Assembly: GCF_006345805.1 (NCBI RefSeq)
Contig: NC_043013.1
Span: 43,896,001-43,960,000, forward strand
Source: Octopus sinensis
Lineage: Eukaryota
Length of the DNA: 64,000 bases
Direction: 5' to 3'
Position numbers and translations under genes: made by a program. Below the pieces are notes generated by a model, which was not told the origin of the DNA, searched no databases, and saw nothing but the letters and a program-made list of their open reading frames with translations. Shown piece by piece: positions 49,914-61,017 of the stretch. Each line of letters opens with the position of its first letter. The stretch's first letter is position 1.

Positions 49914-50466
49914 CACCCCCATCGCAATTTCTTCATTTTTACCTTTTTTACGAATATTCTTATTATCCATGTAGAAAAATACAGAGATAACGAATCTGGG
50001 AAATACATTTTTTTTTAAGTTTAATTTTTTCTTAAAGAAATACTCAATGCCCCCACCTTTCCCACCCATCACCTACCTGCTTTCAAAAAGCTAAAAACAC
50101 CCTATGTTTCACTTTCATCTGATGCTTCAGGCATGCGTAAAATTGTACTAAAATAGCAGATGTAAAAAATATTAGAGCACAACCAGAAAATTCAACATGC
50201 TAGAAATAACAGGTAAACAACATTATTTCTGAAGAAACTTCCTTACTTTCCAAAAAGCTAAAAGTGAAACATTGGGAGCTTGTAGCTTTTTGAAAGTGGT
50301 GAGGTGATGAGTGGATGTTTGGGAAGGAGATTTTAGTGATTCTTGAAGAAAAAAGAAAGAAGAAAATTCTTCAAGATTCGTCTTCTGTGTTTTTTTGTTT
50401 TTTTCTCTGTGGATTACCAAGAAAAAATTCAGAAAAAGTAAAAAGAGAAGAAATTGAGATGGGAAG
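49914..50466. repeat. Degenerate foldback (about 190-bp arms)
   Basis: cccatcgcaatttcttc...ctttcaaaaagcta mirrored by tagcttttttgaaag...gaagaaattgagatggg. Confidence 0.6.
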
Positions 50467-50902
50467 GGAGAAAATTAAAATATTGAGAATGTGTTTTTTG
50501 GGGTGAAATCTCCTGTAATAAAAACATAGGAATTGGAAGAAATTTAGGAAAAATATCAGTGGAGTGGGCACAAATGTCACCTCAGACATGCTAGAAACAA
50601 AAGGTAGGATTTCTGGGAGAACTTCCTTATTGAAGATCAGCTTTTTAAATACACTCATCACAAGCACAAATTACAGAATAGAAAAAGGTGATATCAATTT
50701 GGATTTGAGCTGTAATTTCGCACATGCACACAGCAAGAAATAACATAATTCATACAGAAGTTTTATCTAGGATGTGTGTGTGCACACATGTGTGCCAAAG
50801 GAAGTTATTTTATGGCATTCCTTCGTTAGAAGTAGGAAGGCTGTCAACTTAATCATATGGGATCATATGATTGTTCATTAATTTCTCTAAATTTTTTTAA
50901 TT

Positions 50903-51925
50903 TCTTTATGCTTTGAAGAGAGATGAAATTGAAAGTGAGAAAGCGACATTTGCTTTGGATAACAGAAAGTGAAAGAGAGGAGGTGAAAGATGTATGTAAG
51001 TGTAAATCAAATGGATGTGTCTGTATGCATGTGTGAGAGAGAGAGAGTGAGTGAAGGTGTGTGTTGTCATGTACGTATTTTTTTGCATGTATGTGTAAGT
51101 GGCACTCACTTGCTCTCTCTCACACACATGCACATTATCTTTCACATGCATATGAAAGATTATAATGTTAAATTTTTGTAATGCAAATATGCAAGTAAAA
51201 ATAAAGTTTATTTGATAGCCGTAAGATTACTGAATCTTTTGATCACCCATACATCAAAATCAGCAACTCAGTTTTCGAATGTATTTGTGAATTTCCGTAA
51301 ATTTATTTTTTATTTCTTTATGCTTTGAAGAGAGCAAAAATTGAAAGAGAAGAGAAAGTGAAACCATGACATTTGTTTTGAAGTGAGAGGAGAAAGTGAA
51401 AGAGAGGAGAAAATGAAAGATGTATGTTCATGTATAAGAAATGGACATGTATGTGTGTGTGTGTGTGTGTGTGTATGTGTGTGCATGCGCATACATGCAT
51501 ATGTGTGAGAGATAATGAGAATGTGAGTGATGATGTGTCATCATGTGTAAGTGGCACTCACTCGGTCTCTCTCTCTCTTACACACACACACATCTTTCAT
51601 ATGCACATACAAAAATATATATGTATACATCTCTTTTGTATATATATGTGCATGTGTGTGTGTGAGAGAGAGAGAGAGAGAGTGACTGTATTTCGTCATC
51701 ACATATAGAGAAATGGATGTCTTTTAAGGTAGACATTCATATAGAAAATGTGACATTGTAGTCATGCTACAGAATGTTTATGATAGCTGACTAATAGAAA
51801 AATTATAACGTAAATTTTTTGTAATACAAATATGTAATTGAAAATAAAGTTTATTTGGTAGTTGAAAGATTACTGAATCTTTTGATATCCCATACATCAA
51901 AATCAGCAACTCAGTTTTTGAATGC
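50903..51925 (+). repeat. Diverged tandem duplication (about 390-bp and 610-bp units)
   Basis: Both start tttctttatgctttgaagagag and end attactgaatcttttgat..catacatcaaaatcagcaactcagttt. Confidence 0.8.
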
Positions 51926-52189
51926 ATAAGGAAGACACACACACATTCACACACACACGCACACACACACACACAAAAAAAAAAAACTCTCTTTTATATA
52001 TATGAAAGACATCCTTGTTTGTCATTCTCTCTGTCTGTTTCTCTCATTCCCTGTGTATCTATCTCTTCCTGTCTCCTCCACTCCTCTGATATCAGCAACT
52101 CTCATTCTACCACATTTCCTTCAACCTAACACTTTTGCACCCCTCTCATTTTATCATGTAATAGCCCAACCCCTGTAGTCAGTCCATTA

Positions 52190-52275
52190 TCGATTTTTAT
52201 TGAAATCCAGTTAGCCTATAATTGAACTGGTTGTTAGTTCAACAAATATACAAAGTTTGGTGAAGATTGGTTCCC
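52190..52275 (-). mobile_element. Fragment of the Helitron family at 22975
   Basis: Reverse complement of 23050-23130 (ccagttcaattataggct.actggatttcaat). Confidence 0.65.
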
Positions 52276-52404
52276 TACATCCTCATCATCATCCTTTAGT
52301 GTCTGGTTTCCATACTGACAGTTACGCTGTCCAATTATGAATAGAATGTATTAACATGTTGGTTTTTAATTCCAAGTCGCTTGAATTATGTTCAAAGAAT
52401 ATGT

Positions 52405-52435
<31 letters not shown>

Positions 52436-52495
52436 GTGCATGCATGCACGCATGTGTATGTATGTGAATATGTGTAACACACATATGGCACATAG

Positions 52496-52722
52496 GGTGG
52501 AAAGCTGGCAGAAACGTTAACACGCCGGGCGAAATGCTTAGCATTATTTCGTCTGCCATTATGAGTTCAAATTCTGCCAAGGTTGACTTTGCCTTTCATC
52601 CTTTCAGGGTCGATTAAATAAGTACCAGTTATGCACTAGGGTCGATATAATCGACTTAATCTGTTTGTCTGTCCTTGTTTGTCCTCTTTGTGTTTAGCCC
52701 CTTGTGGGTAGTAAAGAAATAG
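52496..52722 (+). mobile_element. SINE-B with long imperfect TSD
   Basis: atgtgtaacacacat(atg)gcaca on both sides. Confidence 0.85.
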
Positions 52723-53256
52723 GCATGTGTAACACACATGCACAGAGGCTTTGTTGTTGAGAAGTTTGCTTCCTGTCACATGGCTTAGGGCTCAATCCTA
52801 CTATTTAGCAAGTGTCCTACAATAATACCAACAGACCAAAGCCTTGTAAGACCTTTTTGGTAGGTGGAAGCTGAATGTTTGTATATGTATGTGTGTTTGT
52901 GTGCATGTCACTGTGGTTTCACTTACAACTGTGATTGCATTTTATGATAGCTACGGTGGGCAGTGTTGTGGTGGATGTCAGTTATTCTGTCGACATATTG
53001 TCGAGACATTTTGAGCTTTCAAGGCAGAGCATAAAAAGGGATTCCTTTCTTGAAAACCAGGTGAAGGTTAAGGTTAGCAGCAGGAAAAGTACCTCAAATA
53101 ATATAAAACATATTTGTCCAACAAATATATTTGTAAAATACAGGAAATGAAACATACACACTGGATAGCCTAAACTGTGGTGGTGCTCAACTCAACATTT
53201 AAACACACTAATCTAATTATAAGTATTTGTTTAAATTTTCTATTATATATATATAT

Positions 53257-53620
53257 AGGTGTAGGAGTGGATGTGTGGTAAGTAGCTTGCTTATGAACCA
53301 CATGGTTCCGTGTTCAGTCCCACTGCGTGGCATCTTGGGCAAGTGTCTTCTACTATAGCCTCGGGCCGACCAAAGCCTTGTGAGTGGATTTGGTAGACAG
53401 AAACTGAAAGAAGCCCGTCGTATATATGTATGTATGTATGTGTGTGTGTGTGTATGTTTGTGTCTCTGTGTTTATGTCCCTGTAACTTAGCGGTTCGGCA
53501 AAAGAGACCAATAGAATAAGTACTAGGTTTACAATGAATAAGTCCTGCGGTCGATAAACTCAATTAAAGGTGGTGCTCCAGCATGGCCACAGTCAAATGA
53601 CTGAAACAAGTAAAAGAGTG
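53257..53620 (+). mobile_element. CORE-type SINE-A with small internal deletion
   Basis: Head and tail intact. Confidence 0.88.
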
Positions 53621-53699
53621 TATATATATATATATATATATAAATATACACACACACACACATACATACACACACACACACATATACATACACAAATGT

Positions 53700-53730
<31 letters not shown>

Positions 53731-54139
53731 GTTCTTGTTACTACATAATAGACCCCATTCTATATTTATGCTCCATTGACAGCATTATACCACGAAAGTT
53801 TAACATAGCAGAAATTCAAGCCCCAAAGTTGTATGGTAATTTGTCATGCAATGAACACATCAATAGTTATATATATATTCTTTTATAAGCTTCAGCCCAA
53901 TGGCTGTGGCCATGAGGGAGCAAGCCTCCACATGGAATCAAACCCTGTACCTCTCAAATTCTGGCTGAACGCTCCGTACGATTAAGCTAAGAGACTGCTA
54001 TATATGTAATATTTTCTAAACTTGCCAATGATTAATATCAACTCCTTGAAATCTTTAGATATGTGAAAATAATCTGGTTTATCAGGGTATGCACATACAT
54101 ACACAAATATACATACACTGCATTTTAGAAATATATTCT

Positions 54140-54305
54140 AGGCGCAGGAGTGGCTGTGTGGTAAATAGCTTGTTTACCAACCACATGGTTCCGGGTTCAT
54201 TCCTATTGCATGGCACCTTGGGCAAGTGTCTTCTACTATAGTCTTGGGCCGACCAATGCCTTGTGATTGGATTTGGTAGACGGAAACTGAAAGAAGCCCG
54301 TTGTA

Positions 54306-54373
<68 letters not shown>

Positions 54374-54580
54374 GTGTGTGTGTTTGTGTTTGTCCCCCTA
54401 GCATTGCTTGACAACCGATGCTGGTGTGTTTATGTCCCCGTTACTTAGCGGTTCGGCAAAAGAGACCGATAGAATGAGTACTGGGCTTACAAAGAATAAG
54501 TCCCGGGGTCGAGTTGCTCGATTAAAGGTGGTGCTTCAGCATGGCCGCAGTCAAATGACTGAAACAAGTAAAAGAGTAAG
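54140..54580 (+). mobile_element. CORE-type SINE-A with expanded internal (TA)n
   Basis: About 55 bp of (TA)n at 54304-54358. Confidence 0.9.
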
Positions 54581-54924
54581 GGAAATCAGAAACATGTTTT
54601 CGGTAAGGGATACTGCTATAGGTCACATAGGTACAGTATTTGTTTTTCTCTTACAACTACAACAGCAGCTACGAAGAGATGGGTAACCATTCCATTAAGG
54701 GAGGATGCTCAGCATGGAAACAAGATTAATTGCCCCTCCTTCCACACACATGTATGTACACACACATACACAGTGGTGTGCATGTGGAGGAAGTGAGATA
54801 CAAACACATGAGCCACTTTTCTTTCTATCCTCCCCACATGGTTGGAGACTGGCAGAGCGACCTACAAACCAGGACACACTGCTATATTAAATTTTTGTAT
54901 TCATATGCACATACATACATATAC

Positions 54925-54964
<40 letters not shown>

Positions 54965-55028
54965 GTGTTGCGCATACAACGTGTGTCTATGTACATTGAG
55001 TTATTTTATATATATATATATATATAAG

Positions 55029-55127
55029 ATCAAAATAAGCAACAAGGATATCCAAGGTAGAGTAGTACAATCATTTCTCTACCTTGGATACTACTCTACC
55101 TTGGATATCCTTGTTGCTTATTTTGAT
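55029..55127. repeat. Perfect 39-bp-arm hairpin
   Basis: atcaaaataagcaacaaggatatccaaggtagagtagta (55029-55067) and its exact reverse complement (55089-55127). Confidence 0.95.
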
Positions 55128-55738
55128 TATAATCACCCCATTTGATTTACATGGATAATACCATACAAAATTCTGGTGCATTTAACTTAAGTACCATATT
55201 CATCTGAATCTAAATTTTGCTGAACTTATATACATACATACATACATACATACATACACACATACACACACATATATATATATATATACACACATATGCA
55301 TACATACACACACATAAACATACACACACATTTATATATGTATACACTCACACAAATGAAAAATCAAGATGTTAAGCTCTCACTCCAGTTGTATCGCAAA
55401 GTGTAGGAAGCAGGTAGGATTCATAGTTCACCAGCAAAAGCTTGGTGTTATCCCTTGTTTCCAAAAGGCTCTAATTATATCCTCATGTATCTTAGACTAA
55501 TGATGTAGGTAATCAATTTAAAGTGATATGCACTTGAAACATTAATTGAACAGATAGATTATATAGTTATTATAATTCTATTAATAATCATTAACCATTC
55601 TTTTTTTCTTTGTTAATTAACTAAATTCTTAGTATATTAGCAAATATTGTTACCTTCGATTAATTACATTTGCTGTGAAGACATAAATGTGTCCTGAAAG
55701 GGTATAATTAATGAAATGATCCCTACACCTGACAAGTA

Positions 55739-56075
55739 TTGGATCATCCCATAAATAATGCAGTTTATTTCAATTGCACAAGCTAAAAGTTTGAGGGGGA
55801 CAGGATAAACTACCTGTATCAACAGGTATTAATTTTACCTTGCTCTTATTCTTAGTCAAAGTTTTGAAGAGTGCAGTTTGATTTTAACAGTTATTGTTCC
55901 AAAGCTGTAATGCAGGTGATAAAGTTCTATATTCAGCATATTTTGCTTTATGAGTTCAATAATGGCAACAATGCAACGGAAAGTATGAGGAATATTAATG
56001 CAGTATATGGGGATAAGACAATAAGTGTAAGCCAGTGTCAATGGTGGTTCTGGAAATTCAGAGCTGGAAATTACA
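55739..56075 (+). mobile_element. mariner 5' end (TIR plus transposase N-terminal HTH), truncated by SINE-A
   Basis: TA|TTGGATCATCCCATAAATAATGC; MQVIKFYIQHILLYEFNNGNNATESMRNINAVYGDKTISVSQCQWWFWKFRAGNY resembles the Mos1-type HTH. Confidence 0.88.
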
Positions 56076-56228
56076 AGCATGGCTGTGTGGTAAAAAGCTT
56101 ACTTTCCAACCACATGGTTCTGGATTCTGTCCCACAGCATGGCACCCAGGGCAAGTGTCTTATACTATAGCCTTGGGCTGACCAAAGCCTTGTAAGTGAA
56201 TTTGGTAGAAGGAAACTGAAAGAAGCCT

Positions 56229-56275
<47 letters not shown>

Positions 56276-56745
56276 CTTTGTGTTTGTCCCCCACCACCGC
56301 TTGACAACTGGTGTTGGTGTGTTTACATCTCCTTAGCAGTTTGGCAAAAAGAGGCCAATAGAATAAGTAGTAGGCTTTAAAACAAATAAGTCCTGGGGCT
56401 AGGTTATTCAACTAAAAACCCTTCAAGGAGGTGCCTCAGCATGGCCGCAGTCAAATGACAGAAACAAATAAAAGGTAAAAGATATTTTGCATATATCTTT
56501 GACCTGTTTTAGTTATTAGAGCATATCCATGCTGGGGCACTGCCCTGAAGAATTTTTTTAGTCGAATGAATTCGAATGACCCCGGTACTTAATCTTTCTT
56601 TTTTTAAAGCCTGGTTCTTATTCTGTCAGTGTCTTTTGCTGAACTGCCTAGTTACAGGAACATAAACACACCAATACCCGTTGTCAAATGATGGTGGGGA
56701 ACAAACACAGACAAAAAGACATGCTCAAACATGCACACACACACA
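56076..56745. mobile_element. Tail-to-tail pair of SINE-A copies (+ 56076-56485, - 56500-56745)
   Basis: Both carry the cagcatggcc/atgctgggg tail region in opposite orientations. Confidence 0.75.
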
Positions 56746-57794
56746 CAAACACATACACACGCACACACACACATATATACTATTATTATTACTATTGTTA
56801 TTATTATTATTATTAAGGTGGTGAGCTGGCAGAACCGTTAGAACTGACAAGCCCTCCCCACAAATTTCAGGCCTTGTGCCTATGATAGAAAGGATCTTAT
56901 AATAATTCTGCATGTCATTGCATTACTTAGCCTGCCGGTAATGCTTTCATGGGATTAGAGAAAAAGAGGGAGAAAGAAAAGAGGGAGAGAGAAGCGTCCA
57001 TGACATGAGGTAGAGGGAATGTAATTGTAATGCTTTCACATGATTAGTTGAAAGGAAAGAGAAGAGAAAGAAAAAGGAAAGACAGAAAGAGGATAAGGTG
57101 AAAAGTGAGACCGAAAGAGGGAGAAAGAAAAAGAGGGAGAGAGAAGTGTCCATGATGTGAGGTAGGGAGAATGTAATATTTATTATGTCGTTAAAAAAGT
57201 TAGCTGAAGGTAGTGATGATATAGAGGGAGAGAGTAAAAAATATAATTTTAGCAGAGGGGTGATGTTCTGATGGTGACAGAGAGAGAGAGAGAGAGAGGA
57301 GAGGGAGAGAGAAGATGATGCTATGGTAGAAAGAGATGATGATGATGGTGGTAGTGGCATTGGTGACTGGATAGTGGAAAGTGTATTTGTTTTTAAGTGA
57401 ATTAAGTTTTTTTATATCATCTATCACTTAACATATGCATCTAAGTGCAATTCCGTGAAATATTTATGCCTATTTACATGGCAAATATATGCAATTTAAC
57501 TAAAGGTTGTATCATATGTACGGAATATTTGCAGGGAGGATGGAAAAACAAGAGTGAATATTTATTTTATGAGAATGTGTATTAAGTCTATAAAATTTTG
57601 CATAAAGTATATAAAGTACCATTAAGTAATCATCGTATTCAAATTTCTTACACTTTTCAATGAGTAGCAGATGAGCAACTAGCTTTCCATACAGACACAA
57701 CAGAAGCTACATGTTCAGGTTTTTTGGATAAAATTTTCAGAAATTACCCTATAGCTTTACCATTAATTCCATGAAATATCCATGGGCCCTGTTA

Positions 57795-57827
<33 letters not shown>

Positions 57828-59195
57828 ATTATTTAAAACAGTTTGATTCAGAAACTTAACCAGTTGGGCTCAGTTAACAATACATACAACAAGGCCACTC
57901 TCAGTTTCTGTCTACCAAATCCACTCACAAGACTTTGGTCAGCCTGAGGATATAGAAGAAGACACTTGCTCAAGGTGCTGCATTGTGGAACTGAACCTAA
58001 AACCATAGGATTGGGAAGCAAACTTCTTACCATACAACCAGATCTTATATATTAAAGTATTTCATTTCAAGATTCATCTAGCAGATGTTTCTTGGAATCA
58101 AATACTTAACTTCAACATACATTGATTTCACTATTAATATTAAGCACATAAAGATGGTACTGAGACAAAAATATTAATATTTGATTTAGTAAGAGAGTAG
58201 AATACTAATGATTTCTAACAAGTGTTTTTAAAAATAACTTAATGACTAACAGTCCATTTCCAATAATAATAAGTAATAAGATAAAATACCACATAATCCT
58301 TTCGACTGAAAAGGATTATTATGCTATATTTTGTGCGGTATTTCATTTGTCTTTATGTTCTGAGTTCAAATTCTGCTGAAGTCAACTTTGCCTTTGATCC
58401 TACTAGGGTCGATAAATTAAGTACCAGTTGCGTACTGAGGTCAATCTAATTGACTGTCCCCACTAACCCAATTCGAGCCTTGTGCTTAGAGTAGAAAGTA
58501 ATATAATAAATAAATAGGCAAGTTGGTTACAGTTTGAATTCTGACCAAAGAATGACAATATAAGATTCAGTCATAAACGTACAGAAGAAATTTGTGGGTC
58601 TTACTCAGTTGTTTAATTAACCATGTATAAATCAATAGAAAGGAACCTCCCTTTGGTCACTCCATCTACTTAAAAGAGCAGATAGACCTCTCTTACATTA
58701 AACCCTGGCCAGTTAAAAAAGGAGACACATTGGATAATAATACCCAAGGGTACAATTATGCTTACAAAAAGAAAATTTTTTTTAATGTTTGTGAGCCAAA
58801 TTAGGACTAAACAACAACACATGCCTTAAGTAAAACACCAGAGTCTGAGAAAAATGGTGATGGTGATGGATGTTAGATGGTGGTGGTGGTGGTGATGGCA
58901 GTTGACTGGATGGTGGTAGTCTGCATCATCAAAAATAACATGGTGAAATCCATGAGCCTGGATGAATTTATATGTTGTTGGGAGAGAAAGAATCTGATGT
59001 TGCTAGACAATCCCTTCATCTGAGATGTAAAAAAAAAACCAAATTTTTTTCTCTCACACACAAATGGCCAGTCCTGAAATGACAGATTTCTTTGCAACCC
59101 ACAACAAACTTAGCCAAATGTATGATCTTCATGACATGCTCAGTAAGAGCCAACACGGGGTTATACAACAACAGTAACAACCAACAACAATATAC

Positions 59196-59398
59196 AGTGG
59201 AAGCGCAATGGCCCAGTGGTTAGGGCAGTGGACTTGTGGTCATAAGAACGCGGTTTTGATTCCCAGACCGGTCATTGCAAGTGTTTATTAAGCAAAAACA
59301 GCTAAGCTCCATGAGGCTCCGGCTGGGGGGGGGGGGGGGGGCACTGTACTCTTTCACCACAACTTTCTCTCACTCTTTCTTCCTACTTCTGCCACAAA
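59196..59398 (+). mobile_element. SINE-D variant, 3' truncated, with internal poly-G
   Basis: Head ggaagcgcaatggcccagtggttaggg; body caccacaactttctctcactctttc. Confidence 0.75.
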
Positions 59399-59593
59399 AC
59401 AGAGGAACCATGGTGTAACCCACTATGGTGTGGTAAACTTTCAGACTCTAGTCTAGATTGAGAATCCTCTGTACCCCAGGATGGTTCAGCACTCCACCTG
59501 TTAAAAGCCACTGTTTACGGAATTAGGATAACAACTTAGCTTAGAGTAGGCTCGAATTAGAGATTATTCTTTGTGGTTAATGACGTGAGTCTT

Positions 59594-59670
59594 GAGGAGG
59601 AGGAGGAGGAGGAGGAGGAGAAGAAGAAGAAGAAGAAGAAGAAGAAGAAGAAGAAGAAGAAGAAGAAGAA
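59594..59670 (+). repeat. (GAG)n(AAG)n microsatellite
   Basis: Directly visible. Confidence 0.95.
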
Positions 59671-59759
59671 AAAAACTACATATATGCCAAAAATATGTTT
59701 GAGCAGAACTTAGAACTAAAGATTGAATCAATTCAGAGGACAGGTGGCTGTGTCTATAC

Positions 59760-60022
59760 CAGTGATTCTCAGTTGGGGTCCATGTGGCCCTTGGAGGGGT
59801 GGGTTCACTATAAGGTTTTGTTGTTAAAATTTATCTGCAATAAACTGGTTATACTTCTACAAACAAAAAATATTCTAATAATCATTTCTATACAATTTCT
59901 AATAATAGTTAATTATAAAAACATAAGATTTTAAAAATTATTATTGAATGACTACAAGGGTCCACCTGCATAAAATAGGAAGCAATGGGGATCCATAGGT
60001 AAAGAATGGTTCAGTCATACCA
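59760..60022. mobile_element. Degenerate hAT (Charlie-like) MITE
   Basis: gtctatac|CAGTGATTCTC ... |gtctagac; near-identical 8-bp flanks, right terminus eroded. Confidence 0.55.
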
Positions 60023-60834
60023 GTCTAGACCAATAGAATATTAAATAGTTTCCCTTCAAATCCAAGTCAATAAAACTTGACACAAGATGTAGGCTACATC
60101 AACTCAACTGATTGATTGCATTGATCCTTTCCTATAAAAAGACGATCTGATGTCAAAGCAACAAATCAATATAAAGATGTCAAGTTGCACCTTCATGTGT
60201 GTGTATATATATACAAGCTAACTATAATCAAAAGTATTCTGGTAATTGCCATTTGAATGGAATTTTTGTTTTCACTATAAAACACATATTGCTAAGTTTG
60301 TACCACCCCCTTGAGACCCAGCTACATTCTATCTGAAAAATAGGGTATACTTCCTCCTAAATAATATAAACATTCTAAATTCATTGGTGGCGTTAATGAA
60401 GATGTTATGTGTTAATTTAATGTGTTAAATCTACCTTTATTAATTAATGTATATTGAATTATACATAGGTATATACAAGATTTACACAAATATAAGCGTT
60501 AGAACTTGTGAGCCGCCCACAGACCTTTATCACTGGAAATTTTTGCCCGCCACACTAAAAAGTTTCCCCACCCCTGGTCAACTCCTATAAACAACAGTAG
60601 TTACAAGCCAATAAGGGTGCCTCTACATGGTGATTTAACCTGTGAGAAATAGCAGCTAAGTCTCCTTCAAATTATTCCCCCAAAGTCTTCAAAAAGAAGG
60701 TCGCATTGGATAATGTAACTCATTGCATATTAAAATAAACAAACAGCTAGAATTTCTTTGATCAGTCAGGGTTCAACTGAGAAACTACACAACAACCAAT
60801 TATGAAGTGTGATTCAACGATTATCATTTTAGAG

Positions 60835-61017
60835 CAGTGGTCCACAACCTTTTTTCACTTGCGGTACACTTATTCTTTTCAAAATTCAGTGGTGCACCTG
60901 AACTGAAAATATAGCTAAAAGTAAAGGGGAAAAAATTATATTCAGGTTACACCAACGTACACCTAGCATCATCTCATGACACACCAGTGTGCCATGGCAT
61001 GAGGTTATAGAACACTG
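60835..61017. mobile_element. 183-bp hAT (Charlie-like) MITE with perfect 8-bp TSD
   Basis: ttttagag|CAGTGGTCCACAACC ... GGTTATAGAACACTG|ttttagag. Confidence 0.88.

Noticed and set aside
53925-54000. tRNA gene on the minus strand
   Set aside because: Box-like motifs only (tagcttaatcg, gtttgattcc) with poor stems; most likely a SINE head relic.
59324-59342. Poly-G as a functional G-quadruplex
   Set aside because: It is a homopolymer inside a SINE copy, of uncertain length in assemblies, with no supporting context.
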